DNA of 64,000 nt from Eledone cirrhosa. Lineage: Eukaryota. Location: positions 99,324,001 to 99,388,000 of the forward strand of contig OZ024746.1 of NCBI GenBank assembly GCA_964016885.1. The letters run 5' to 3'. A program made the translations under genes and the position numbers. Shown one piece after another: positions 26,111-43,582 of the stretch (position 1 is the first letter of the stretch; each line of letters begins with the position of its first letter). The notes under the pieces were generated by a model, which saw only the letters and a list, made by a program, of their open reading frames with translations, searched no databases and had not been told where the DNA came from.

Positions 26111-26500
26111 GATGTTGTGTGGGGGGCTCTTGCAGGTGGTAAATCTGCATTGTCACTCAATTAACAATTAGCACTTAACTATAAACTACCCACAATTTCT
26201 AATCTCTCGAGGAGTTACTTCCCCTGAAACCACCCTCTAATTAGTAAGGTAAATATGTCCATTGGCGGCCACCTTGTTACCCATAGGCAGATCTCACACA
26301 ATGCAGCCTCGACAGATGAATACTGCTTGATTATGGCTGACAATTGATACCCCCAGGACACCATAAATTTGGACATTATTTGCAATTTTTATGTTTTATT
26401 AATAATAAAACAAAAATAATATTCGCTTTAAATATATTTTTTTACTACACTCCTAAAATGTTTCTCCTCGGTAAAGAATTAACATTCATGAAAGAATGTT

Positions 26501-26995
26501 ATGACACATGTATGTATCATATATCGACAATATGACACATGTATGTATCATATATAGACAATATGACACATGTATGTATCATATATCGACAATATGACAC
26601 ATGTATGTATCATATATAGAAAATATGACACATGTATGTATCATATATCGACAATATGACACATGTATGTATCATATATAGAAAATATGACACATGTATG
26701 TATCATATATCGACAATATGACACATGTATGTATCATATATCGACAATATGACACATGTATGTATCATATATCGACAATATGACACACGATATATCGACA
26801 ATATGACACATGTATCATATATCGACAATATGACACATGTATGTATCATATATCGACAATATGACACATGTATGTATCATATATCGACAATATGACACAC
26901 ATATGTATCATATATAGACAATATGACACATGTATGTATCATATATCGACAATATGACACATGTATGTATCATATATAGACAATATGACACATGA
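26501..26995. repeat. 31-bp minisatellite, about 16 units
   Basis: atgacacatgtatgtatcatatatcgacaat. Confidence 0.95.
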
Positions 26996-27960
26996 ACGTA
27001 AAGTGCCGAAACTCTATGCTACAAAGTATGGTGTCTGACGCGCTACCGATACTGCCAATCCATAGGTTTGTGAAAGTAGCGTCTGGCCTGGGGTTAAACA
27101 GCAGCAACTCGCATTGAACGCACATTTAACAGCAGAGGTTTAAACCATTTTAACCAATTCTAAAGAGTAGTTTTGGGAAAGTTACTTCCAAATGTCGCTG
27201 AGTTGTCTAAGGCATGAATCTATATAAGTGTTTGCCATGCGACAACTGTCGCTAGCTGAGTTGTCTAAGGCATGAATCTATATAAGTGTTTGCCACGCGA
27301 CAACTGTCAATATCTCACTGGTATTTTAGTAAACCGGAATGATAAATAAACGCCGCAGATAAGAAACGACCAAATTGAACCTTATAGAGTAAAGTTTAGA
27401 CTTAACTGAATCACTATCTTGATTGATAACAGGATAACAGGAAGTGCTAGGCTGCTAGTAGAGAGGACCTTGAGGTGTGTGTGGGTGGTGCTATTAGTTT
27501 GCTCATACAGAACACTGATACTATCTTTGTACACACAGAAGAAAAAAAGAAAACACAACAACCGGTCTGTGCTTCTTTACAAGTAGTTTGTGATGGTGAC
27601 CAACTATTTTACATATATACTATTAAAAGTTGGTTAGGGGGTAGAAGACATGCTGGCTTATTTTTATTGGCTCAGTTTTTCTCTTTGAAACATTTATATG
27701 TTTATTACCGTGTAAGTACTCTCGAGTTTCAAATAATGGGGGTAGGGGGGATAAGCGGTGGTTTTGGACATTTGCTTAAATTCTTATAAGCAGGCGTGGG
27801 GTGGGGAATCGGTAATTGTATAGTGTACGTTCGTAAATATGAGATTTCTTGTAATGTTCTTTTTTTTTATCATATACGATGTTTTTTTTAATGTAAAAGA
27901 AAATTATTATCTATATATAATATAAAAGAGAGATGTCTATTGGTTGGTTGCTTGGTTGAA

Positions 27961-28027
<67 letters not shown>

Positions 28028-28036
28028 CACACATCT

Positions 28037-28073
<37 letters not shown>

Positions 28074-28507
28074 ATGCTACCATTTAATCGGCAGTGTACT
28101 ACCCCGGCCTAATACGGAAGTTTTATTATTGTTTTGCTTGTCTCGCTCTCACACACACTTACACACACACACACATTACGGTCTCACTTCATACCAGACA
28201 ACACATCTAATGCAGTCATTTTCCCTTTTATCCGTTCTCGGTGATAGATTAGCAACATTTAATGAGTGGCGGGGTGAGGGAGTGACGATTATTCAAGACC
28301 TGATAGTAGAAGCGACACGTTTCTCTCCGATCCTTCTTTTCCATAACTTCCTATTCCTAAAAAAGAAGACTAGTTATGCATAGATACAAAGTGATGTTCC
28401 ACCAAATGATTACAATTGCGTTATTTCACACAATGGTGGTTTACATACACACATACATAACATACACACATGTATAACATACACACATGCATAACATACA
28501 CACATGC

Positions 28508-28579
<72 letters not shown>

Positions 28580-28581
<2 letters not shown>

Positions 28582-30390
28582 GGAAAATTTGAACAGGAAC
28601 AAAACAGAGAGGCAGTACAACGAATGTTTATTAATTTCACGCTCTGGAGAGTGGGGTGGTGGTGGGGGACGACGTTTCGGGCATAAGCCCTTCCTCAGGT
28701 GAGAAGTGTGTGGGAAGAGAGTTCAAAGGGTGTGTAGGGGAGTGGTGGAGAGACATATAGCGAAAAGGGGGTGGGAGGAAACGGTGCGAATGAAATTAAA
28801 AATAAAAATAAAAATAAAGCATGATCAAAATAAAATGAAATGCAATAAAAATAAAAGCATGATCAAAATAAACTGAAATTAAAAAGGGGGTAAAACAGGT
28901 GGTGGAAGGGTGTGTTGGGGTGGTGGCGGGTGGAGTGGGGAGAGGGAGACGGGGTGTCCGAGCGGGGAGGGCTGAAGGTGGTGTGTGTGTGTACGTGTGT
29001 GTGTGTGTATGTGAAAGCAAGGGTTGGGGGAAGAACGGGGTTGCATGTTCAGGAAGAGGTGGTATGTGCGTGTGTGGATAGAGGGGTGGGGGGAGAGGAA
29101 TCCGGAGGCTGAAGGTGTAAATATGTGGTGGAAAGCACGTGTGTGTGGTGTTTAAGTGTGTTGTGGGTGTAGGTGGCGTGTGGGAGAAAAAAAATGTTTT
29201 TGGGTGTGTGTGTGGGTGAGTTATATAGGTGATTCCGTAAGAGGATGTGGTTGAAATGTTGGTAAACTCCTATGATGGTAGTAGATTCCACGGTCAAGCT
29301 CCACATACGAGTATTCCATGAAGAGATGGTCGGAAGAGGAGAGATGTGGGGTGCGCGCGCAACAGGAAGTGGTCAAGGCGGTAGGAGTTTTGTGTGTCTG
29401 TGTGGGCTCGGGGGTGGTCAGAGGGCATAGCAGCAGTCGGGTGGAATGGTAAAGGGGCGAGGATGGGTAGGTGTGAAAGTTGGAGTGAGGAGGGTGTGTG
29501 TGTGTATTAGTAGAGGTGTTAGTGGGATGAGTGAATGTGGAGAAAGGGTGTGGGTGGAGCGGGGAGAGAAGGGTGTGAGGGTCGATGGAGGGAGTGTGGT
29601 GTACTGGTGTGTGTGTAGTTTGATGAAGGCGGTGTTAGTGGGTGTTAGTATACGGGAGGTGGAGAAAGGGTTGAATGCAGGTGTGAGTGGGGGTTAGTGG
29701 TGGTAGGGTGTGTAGAGTTGGTGGTGTACGAGGGTGTGTGAATACGTGTGCGTGGGGTTGGGGGTGTTAGTGTTGTTAGTTGCGTGTGGGGTGGGTGGTG
29801 TAAGTGGGTGCGTGTGTTCGTGTGCTTGGGGTCAGGGGGTGTTAGTGATGTTAGTTGCGGGGTGGTGGGATGGAGGTGTGGGGGTGAGGGTTAGTGGTGG
29901 TAGTAGGGTGTATGTTTAGTGTGAGCGCGTGTATATATGTGCCGGTGGGTGTGTGCGTGTGATAAGGAGGGAGAAGGGAGGGATGTTAGTATGTTAGTTG
30001 GGGAAGGGTGGTCGGATGAGGGGTGGAGTAGAGGTGTTAGTATTGTTAGTTGTGGGGTGGGCGGTGAAAAGGAGGGGTGTGTTAGTGGTGTTAGTGGGGG
30101 ATATGTGTGGGGGGAGGGGGGCGGTCGAAGGCTAAAGGAATAAGGGTGGGGAGTTCAGGCCGGGGGGGAGTGTGGGTCTGTAAGATGAAGATGGTTCTTT
30201 GTTCAACTCTGAGGAGATTGGCGGGTGTTCCGTGGCATTGGAGTAGGCCACAGACTGTGAGATGGCGTGCGGAATGTCCAGGGGCACCAAAGTGACGGGC
30301 GATGGGGGAACTACCACCGAGACGAATATCCCGGAGGTGCTCAGTGAATCGGTCCGCCAGGCGACGTCCCGTCTGTCCGACGTAAGTATC
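28580..30390 (-). mobile_element. G/T-rich (plus strand) Penelope-like element, longer relative of 7320-8600
   Basis: Collinear homology to the 7.3-8.6 kb copy, HHR near its 3' end, abuts (TA)n. Confidence 0.6.
28661..28706 (-). ncRNA. Minimal type I HHR
   Basis: Minus strand: CTGAGGA-A-GGGC-TTAT-GCCC-GAAAC-GTC-GTC. Confidence 0.75.
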
Positions 30391-30460
30391 ATTTTATTTT
30401 ATCTGATGAGGACGTACTGTTGAACTTGATTCAGTACCTCCGAAATATGTATAATAAAAT
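30391..30460 (+). ncRNA. Type I HHR
   Basis: attttattttat-CTGATGA-GGACGTACTG-loop-CAGTACCTCC-GAAA-TAT-GTA-taataaaat. Confidence 0.75.
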
Positions 30461-30598
30461 TTAATCGATCACAAGAATATCTATTTTGTTAATATTTGAA
30501 TTAATATTAATAACTCTGGAAAATATTTCTTGTAGAGTGCTTCCAATCTACTGTAAAACTCATTCTTTGATGTACTCATTGAATCTTGTTTAACTCTT

Positions 30599-30638
<40 letters not shown>

Positions 30639-30737
30639 AGTAATAAAACTCGATATGCAAATTAGGCTGCTCAGCCGTTAATATGCATAAGGAAAGTATA
30701 TACTTTCAAACATTCAATCGACTGACAGGTAGGTATA

Positions 30738-30778
30738 CGATACTGATGACAGCTAATAAGCTAGAAACTAGTTCATCC
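30738..30778 (+). ncRNA. Minimal type I HHR
   Basis: CTGATGA-CAGC-TAATAA-GCTA-GAAAC-TA-GTT. Helix III palindrome AACTAGTT. Confidence 0.65.
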
Positions 30779-30986
30779 TTCCTTAGTCAGTGTTGAACAA
30801 AAGGGCAACGATGGTTGCCGAACACTGTACGGCTACTAATTCGGGCTGTTTGTTTACAAACAAACCGAGCATTATAATAAATGTTCGGTAAACCCATACG
30901 TACATATATATATATATGTGTGCATGTATGTATATACATACTAGTGTACGTCTGTATACATATATGTATGTACGTATACATACTTA

Positions 30987-31029
<43 letters not shown>

Positions 31030-31788
31030 ATGTAGAAATCTTATAATGAAACGATCATATGGGGAATGAGATTTTCAATATGTCTCATATAAAATAATAC
31101 AGTCAATTATCCACACAATACAATATAGTTAGCACCCCAAACGTTTAATTGGGAATATACTCCGGTATTTCCTAATGTTTCTTGAGTGAGTTGAAAATTG
31201 GTCGGAGTATCGCTAGTAGCTTTCTCCGTTTATGTATTTATGTAATATACTCTTGGATCACCAGACATGAACTTTCCCGATATAAGGTATGACTCTCTTT
31301 ATTTATTTTTTATATGAATATTGATTGTTTGTTCCTGTGTCTCATATTTGTTATTTTGCCTGAGGAAATACCTCTATGTGTCCTTAAACAGTACACATAT
31401 ATTTATTTATTCATATCCAATTGAGTTCTTCGCACGAGGCTTGAATTCTTGTCGGGGTTCAATGACCTGCGTGTGTATTATTTTCACGATGGCCTCCTCA
31501 TCCCATTTTCGGGACAGTGTGAGATTTTCTTCAGAACTGCTGGACTTACAACCTAACAGTTCCTTCAAGCACTGATGGTGATTATCGCTAAATATTGATG
31601 TTGATTTAGTTATTAATATTAATACTATTGGCCACCTACTGAAGGTTTGTAAGAGCCCACTTGCATAAGAAGCCATCGATCTCACACAAGTTTCTACAGA
31701 ACTTGGTATAATTTCACCCACCATGTAGAAATCTTACAATGACACGATTCGTTTGGGGAATGAGATTTTAATATATCTCATATAAAAT

Positions 31789-32110
31789 AATTGTTTCTAC
31801 TTTTTGGCACAAGGCCAGCAATTACCCAGTGCATTACTGGTACTTTATTTTATCGACCCCGTAAGGATGAATGTAAAGTTAACCTCGGCGGGATTTGAAC
31901 TCAGAATGGCAAAGGCCGTATCTCATATAAAATAATTGTTTCTACTTTAGGCACAAGGCCAGCAATTACCCAGTGCATTACTGGTACTTTTATTTTATCG
32001 ACCCCGTAAGGATGAAAGGCAAAGTCAACCTCGGCGGGATTTGAACTCAGATCGTAAAGGGACGTAACTATTCTGGAAAGCATGGCGTCCGACCCTCTAC
32101 CGATACTGCC
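31789..32110 (-). mobile_element. tRNA SINE (partial plus full copy) inserted into a locally duplicated sequence
   Basis: AAAATAAT is duplicated on both sides. The empty-site version is visible at 31028-31240. Confidence 0.85.
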
Positions 32111-32229
32111 AAAATAATACAATATAATTAGCACCCCAAACGTTTAATTGGGAATATACTCCAGTATTTCCTAATGTTTCTTGAGTGAGATGAAAATTGG
32201 TCGGAGTATCGCAAATAGCTTTCTCCGTT

Positions 32230-32316
<87 letters not shown>

Positions 32317-32339
32317 GGTTCCTTACCACACTTCCTTCG

Positions 32340-32425
<86 letters not shown>

Positions 32426-32820
32426 GTGAAGTTTTTTTACAAAATGAAAAATAACCGAGGTGTCCTACACGAGTGAAAGTATAAAGAAAAAAAGATGAAA
32501 TCGAAAATGCAACTGGAGTCTTATTTTAAAAAATATATATATATATTTATTTGGAAAAGCAGAAGAACTGCAAAACCGGTAAAGGAACCAAATAAATAAA
32601 TATATATATATATATGTTTAAAAATAAGACTCCAGTTGAATTTTCGATTTCATCTTTTTTTCTTTTTATATATATATATAAACATATAAACATATCTCTC
32701 TCCGTGGCCTAATGGTAGGTATTAGAGACGGTGGAGAACCTGCTCTGGGTTTCGATTTCAGTCAAAGTCTATAGATAATAATATATAAACATATATATAT
32801 ATAACTATATATATATGCAC

Positions 32821-32852
<32 letters not shown>

Positions 32853-32858
32853 GCACAC

Positions 32859-32891
<33 letters not shown>

Positions 32892-32983
32892 TATACATAT
32901 ACATATGTGTGTGTGTGTATGTATATATGTGTGTGTGTATGTATATATGTGTGTGTGTATGTATATATGTGTGTGTATATATG

Positions 32984-33014
<31 letters not shown>

Positions 33015-33495
33015 ATGTATATGTGTGTGTGTATATATATATATGTGTGTATGTGTGTGTGTATATATGTATATATATGTATATATGTGTATACGTGTAT
33101 ATATTTGAGGAAGTTTGCCAAAATAAGGACATTAAATACTTTTGGTTAAAAATATAGTTCCCGTTGTCAAAGGGATAAAACTTGAAACCCACCAGAGGAT
33201 AGAAATAAATAGCTAGGCTGTAGCTGGTGGCCCCCTCCGCCCTGCGATAGTCCCCTTCCCCCGCCCCTTCTCTTTGGTTCCCATTACTTCTTTATCTCTT
33301 TATTACATTCAGTTACAGATAAACATCTCTCACCTCCAGACGTCGAGATTTCTCAGCACCTCCCTCCATCTGCCAATGTACTATTTATTTCACCAGTTTA
33401 GATATGCTAATAAGAGACAAACTTTTGCATACATACATGCATGTATGTATGTATGTATGTATGTATGTATGTATGTATGTATGTATGTATGTATG

Positions 33496-33524
<29 letters not shown>

Positions 33525-33526
<2 letters not shown>

Positions 33527-34122
33527 CATGTATCCCAGTACAACCTGTCTCATGGTCGGGTCATTGGCGACTAAACTAGCAACCCCACCAAGGTTTCTTG
33601 GTGAGGAGGGTGACTTTGGACATCCTGCAGGACTAAAAACAAAACCTGCCAAAGGGCAAAGGAGCTCTTAAGAGTCAATGGCCATCCAAAATCACCGGGA
33701 GAGATGACCCCTTAGCCTTTGTCAAGGCAGAATTCTAGGAGAAGGAAAACTCTGATATAACACCTGCAACCCTGATGGTATCCAATGATGTTGACTTGTT
33801 CTTCTTTTTGGTAAATATCATCTTAGTTAAGAGAGTGGGACTGGCTTTGTGCAGTGCCTTTGCTCACTATAAAAGCTTCACGGCACAGGCATTGCTTTAT
33901 ATCTGGAGATCTCTCTGCACTTGTCGTCACATGGTACCATGGGCCCAGCACTATGTGTCAATAATTGTCACAAGTGCAGTGTTTGTACCAGAGTTTTCAA
34001 GTCGCTGGCTGGACTAAAAAGTCACACTCGTTCAGCGCATCAGTAGGGGCTCTCCTACATGGATATAAAGTAGTGGCCGTACTCGAAAACGAGTTGGCAG
34101 CCACCACCATGTATGTATGTAT
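33525..34122 (+). mobile_element. RTE-derived non-autonomous element, about 600 bp, between (ATGT)n runs
   Basis: No RT-like ORF. 3' end gtggccgtactcgaaaacgagttggcagccaccaccatgtatgt resembles the RTE 3' ends at 3515-3560 and 13740-13785. Confidence 0.78.
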
Positions 34123-35153
34123 CTTTTTTTTTCTCTTTCTCTTAATTTCGAGTATATTTTTTTGACCGGCCACCTTCCTGGTGGCAAGGTTGTAAAAGAA
34201 AAGAAATTGTCATCCCTTGAATCGCAAGAATGTTTTGCAAATTTTGAAGGTGCCAGCTATCGCAGCCATTTGTAGACTATGAATTAGGGAGCTGCGCTTT
34301 TTGTCCGCAAATCCAAGTTCAGTCATACTTTGGTCCAAGCGGGTTGGTATATAACCCGTAGCACCAATAATGATGGGTATGAAGCTAAAGGTGTATCTTG
34401 GATACTGGATTTGTAAACTCCTCATCAATGGTCCGTAGATGTCCTCCTTCTCCTGTATTTTTCTGACAACGTTTACATCAAGTGGGCAGCTGATCTCCAC
34501 AACAGAACACGTTTTCAATGTGTGGTCCCAAACTACAATATCAGGGCGGTTGTGCTTTAATTTGGTGGCAGTTTTTATTTTCAGGTTCCACTAGTATTCC
34601 TTAGTGCCATCTGTCTCAATATATTCTTCCTCGTTTGTTGTTAATTTTGTTTTCCGAAGTGCGTTCCAGATGGTTCTAGCTATCCCATCGTGTCTCATGG
34701 GGAGGTAGTAGCGAGATGACATTCTTTCGCAGCTGGCAACAATGTGGCTTACATCCTCGATCTTTGTTTTACATAGCCTACATTTATTGTCAGCTGCTGG
34801 CCCTCCTCTTTTGTGCAGCAGATATTTGGTAGAGAGTTCTTGTTCCTGTATTGCATAGAGATATCCCTCAAGGTGTGATGTCATAAACTTGTCGGAACTC
34901 CATGCCAGGCTTTTTGAGTGGTTTATCCCCTCTATGATCTGTGTTTTACGCCCCAAGTATCCATGCACAACTTTTTCTGTAAATTGGTCAATTTTTTTTT
35001 CTTGTTTGAACATTGAATAGGATCTTCCGATTTCTCTGGGTGAGAGATTTATATCAGGCTTTATTCCATATCTCTCCTCCAGATCAGTCGCTATTCTAAT
35101 GATATTTCTTTTTTCATGCTCATAAACCTGGGCAAGATGGTTGCCAACCTTTT
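34123..35153 (-). mobile_element. R4/Dong-clade LINE, second 5'-truncated copy with a premature stop
   Basis: Near-identical to 11520-12543. TGG has become TAG after GTKEY. Confidence 0.92.
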
Positions 35154-35472
35154 TCCTTCCCTCCTTAACCTCTCACATATACGATGATCATCTGTCCAAA
35201 AGCTGCCTACTATATTTTTTCACTTCCTCAATGTATTTCTCTCTCCCATATCTCCTTGTCTCTCTGTCTCGCTCTGTTGTTTTTCTTTACATACATCTCT
35301 TCATCTTCTTCTTTTTTTTATTTACATACATCTCTTCATCTTCTTCTTCTCATCTTCGTTTTTCTTTCTATATAACTGTCATAACAGTTTCACTACCAAA
35401 TCAACTTTTTAAATGGAAGTTGCATTATTATAAGGTATGTCAATAATTATTTATAAAACAGCTTATGTATTG

Positions 35473-35540
35473 TATTTTGTCTGAGGAAGGCATACCATAT
35501 TTTTAATATGATATCCCAGAAATATATATAACGAAATAAA
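35473..35540 (+). ncRNA. Type I HHR-like motif
   Basis: tattttgt-CTGAGGA-AGGCATACCATAT-loop-ATATGATATCCCA-GAAA-TATATA-TA-acgaaata. Confidence 0.55.
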
Positions 35541-35665
35541 TATGGTTTTATAAATATAGTTTCCATTTGTTTAATATCGTAAACCTACTCCAGAAACTGT
35601 TGAGTGCTTTTATATCAGTTATAAATATTTACTCGTTGTAACCCAACAATCTTAAATAAAACTTT

Positions 35666-35733
<68 letters not shown>

Positions 35734-36252
35734 TGTATATATATATATATACATGTGCGTGGGTCGTGTAGGTGTGTGTGTGTATATATGTGAGTATGTG
35801 TGCGTGTATATCGTTTGTGTAATGTAAAGCAGTTCAACCTTCCTAGCCCCATCATTTTTATCCTCTCCACCTTCCCCTCATCACCATCATCTTTGATAGG
35901 GCGGCCCCGTATTATAACACAGAATGAGGCAAATGGTTTTTATTTTAATCAGCTAATATTTAGGTCATTGTCACATCCGGCCGCTCCTTTCGGGTTTGAA
36001 GGTTGATTTCACTCTGGTCGTTGTGGTGTGAGGTGTCACTGCTATTATGGCTAAATACTTTGGCTTCGGCTCGCCTATTCTGCCTCTAACGTAACCACAC
36101 ACACAAACATACGCACACACACACACAAACATACGCACGTACGCACACACATACACACACTCTCCTACCTACGCACAGAGTTACACCTCTGCAGGCACAC
36201 GTATCTTCATATAAGCAAATACACGCATATATATACGTGTGTGTGTGTATGT

Positions 36253-36348
<96 letters not shown>

Positions 36349-36377
36349 GAATAAATAAAGAAATAAATATATATATA

Positions 36378-36636
36378 TAAGAAAAGAGTCAGGCCGTTTC
36401 GACAGCTAGATCCGAACTGTTCGGATTTAGCTGTCGAAACGACCGGAGCTCAGCCGTCGGGGTCCTGACTTTATTCCTATTACCCATTTTACTACCCTTA
36501 GTATCGAGTACTCTGGAGCGTTATGGTCAACCTGGTTTCTTACTTCACCTTATTTGTTTATATATACATATATATATAAAGGAAAGTAGTCAGAACCCCG
36601 ACGGCAGAGCTCAAACCATTTTGACAGCTATTTCTG

Positions 36637-36685
<49 letters not shown>

Positions 36686-37410
36686 AGATGTAGAAAGGAC
36701 AAAACATTAGAAGGAGAGAGTCTGTGCGATCAATAAACAAGGAAACCACCAGTGGATGGAATCTATAAACTACGTGTGATATATAGTTATAGAGGTGGGT
36801 ATATTCATTTTGATTTATATTTTTAATTATTATGTGTCTACCTCACCTTCCGTAGTTTATAGATTCCATACACTGGTGGTTTCCCTGTTTGTTGATCGCA
36901 CACACTCTCCCTCTAGTGGGTTATCCTTTCTACAGATTGTATTTTGAAGAGCCCAGGATTCCTTTTCCTTTGAAGACATAATTTACAGAGACTAATGCAA
37001 GTCTATTGACTCCGTTAATATTTGTATATATATATAAATTTGAGTATGTATTGGTTAGTTACCGATACTTCAGTATGCAGGGTAGAGCACTCGACGAGGT
37101 GTACAGGTGGCTCTGTTTACGCCGGAGTAATTTCAAAACAAGAAGTGTAAGTGAACAGGTTAAAATTAACTTCGTTTATTCACATTCGCTCTTATATATA
37201 TTCCTGTGATAACTATTTCGATTTTTCGATATGCTCAGTGCTGAGGTTTGGTGTTGTTTTCTCAAAACACTGGACACATATATGACCAGTGCTTTGAAAA
37301 AAACATCAAACCTCAGCACCGAGCATATCGAAATGGTTATCACAGAAATATATATAACAGCGAATGTGAATAAACGTGGTTAATTTTAACTTGTTGAGTT
37401 ACACTTCTTC
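36378..37410. repeat. Cluster of three palindromic insertions between (TA)n runs (36378-36640, 36685-36940, 37150-37410)
   Basis: Examples: cgtttcgacagcta...tagctgtcgaaacg; accagtggatggaatctataaactacg...cgtagtttatagattccatacactggt; tgctgaggtttg...caaacctcagca. Confidence 0.8.
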
Positions 37411-37640
37411 ATATATATATATATATATATATATGTTGAGTTACACACACACGGGAACGAAAAGGATTTGTTTTCTAGTCTCCCGCCACCACGTGAAGTT
37501 TATAAATCGGTGGCTAGTCGAGGGACAGAATTGTATCGGATTCCAGCTACTAATCGCTTTACCGTGACGGCCGTCACAAACTGTCATGGCCGTCATGGGT
37601 TGGGTGTTTGGATTCTGTCGATCAATTGGTTATTGATTAG

Positions 37641-37760
37641 GCGAGACCCGCTGATGAAGCCACATAAGCCGATTATGCATTGTTGCATAATATATGCAGA
37701 CGAAGGGTGCAGTGCACCTTACTGTTGCATTAAGTGTGGCCGAAACTCGAGTCCGCGAAC
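37641..37760 (+). ncRNA. Type I HHR with a large helix II insertion
   Basis: CTGATGA(37651)-AGCCACA...TGTGGCC-GAAAC-TCGA-GTC. Helix III palindrome ACTCGAGT. Confidence 0.75.
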
Positions 37761-37902
37761 TATTATAGTCACCATTTTTACGTGTGTTGTATTGAAGCGA
37801 ACAACTATGTGTATACTCTGGGAATGTATCTTACATTGCCTATTGAGTACCCTGAGATACAACCGGTCCAGGCATTGATAAATATGCTGGGTCCGTCAAC
37901 TC

Positions 37903-42408
<4,506 letters not shown>

Positions 42409-43272
42409 AACTTTGAATAACTTTGAAATGTTTTGGCCAGTATTGGCCCAGGCCATGTCTAACTTAATAGCACCACCTGGCGAAGTCTTTCAATTCAGGA
42501 TTTGGGCACCATGGCCCATTCGAGAAGAGAATTACTGTTTGCGGAGACATATCCGGGTGTGGGTGGTTTGTCCGGGATTACTTGGAGGAATTTGTCCAAA
42601 GACTTCTTGAATTTTGTGTGGTCAGTTTCTGTTTTGACGTGTCCTGGTGTGATGTTGAAGAGAGCAGGGCCGATTGAGGTGAAATAATTGTGCCGTATTG
42701 TTGTTATGAGTTGCGATTTAGATTTTTGAATGGGACGGATAGCACGGGGCCCAAGCCTTGGGTGTATCTTGAAGGCGATGCCAACATCATTTGGGCAGTG
42801 ATGATGGAACATTTTCCACATCATGCAGATAATATAACGCTCACGGCGACGTTGGAGTGAGTAAAGTTTCAGGTTTTCCAATCGACCCCAGTAGTCAAGG
42901 TCTGACATGCCATCTATCTTTTTCGTGATTGCCCTTTGAGGAGCTTCAAGTTTCATGATACTTTGTTTCGTGTGGGGAGACCACAGTGGACAACAGTATT
43001 CAAGGTGTGGTCGGGCGAAAGTAGAGAAGAGAAGGATAATGGTGCGGGAATCTCTCGACTGGAAGGTTCTGAGGATCCAGGAACACATTCTGCGGGCCAT
43101 GTCAACTTTGCTGCTTATATGCGTGGTCCAGCTTATGTTGCTGTCCACGGTTACTCCCAAGTCTCTGATGTTGTTAGATGCCACGAGAGTTTCCCCGGAG
43201 GGAAGGGAGTACGGGAGTTTCAGAGCATCCTCTTTTCCAAAGTGGATCAGTTCGAATTTGTCTTCGTTCAGT
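42409..43272 (-). mobile_element. CR1/L2-group LINE 3' fragment (RT C-terminus), ORF uninterrupted
   Basis: [51 protein letters not shown]. 3' tandem tail ttcaaagtta twice. Flanked by (TATATG)n. Confidence 0.88.
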
Positions 43273-43432
43273 AATATATATATATATATGTATATATATG
43301 TATATATATATATATGTATATATATGTATATATATATATATGTATATATATGTATATATATATATATATATGTATATATATGTATATATGTATATATATG
43401 TATATATATGTATATATATATATATATGTATA

Positions 43433-43473
<41 letters not shown>

Positions 43474-43548
43474 GTATATATATATATATGTATATATATG
43501 TATATATATGTATATATGTGTATATATATATATATATGTATATATATG

Positions 43549-43581
<33 letters not shown>

Positions 43582-43582
<1 letters not shown>

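Noticed and set aside
32697-32760. tRNA gene (A-box and B-box-like motifs)
   Set aside because: No complete cloverleaf, so more likely a decayed SINE head. The same applies to the other SINE heads.
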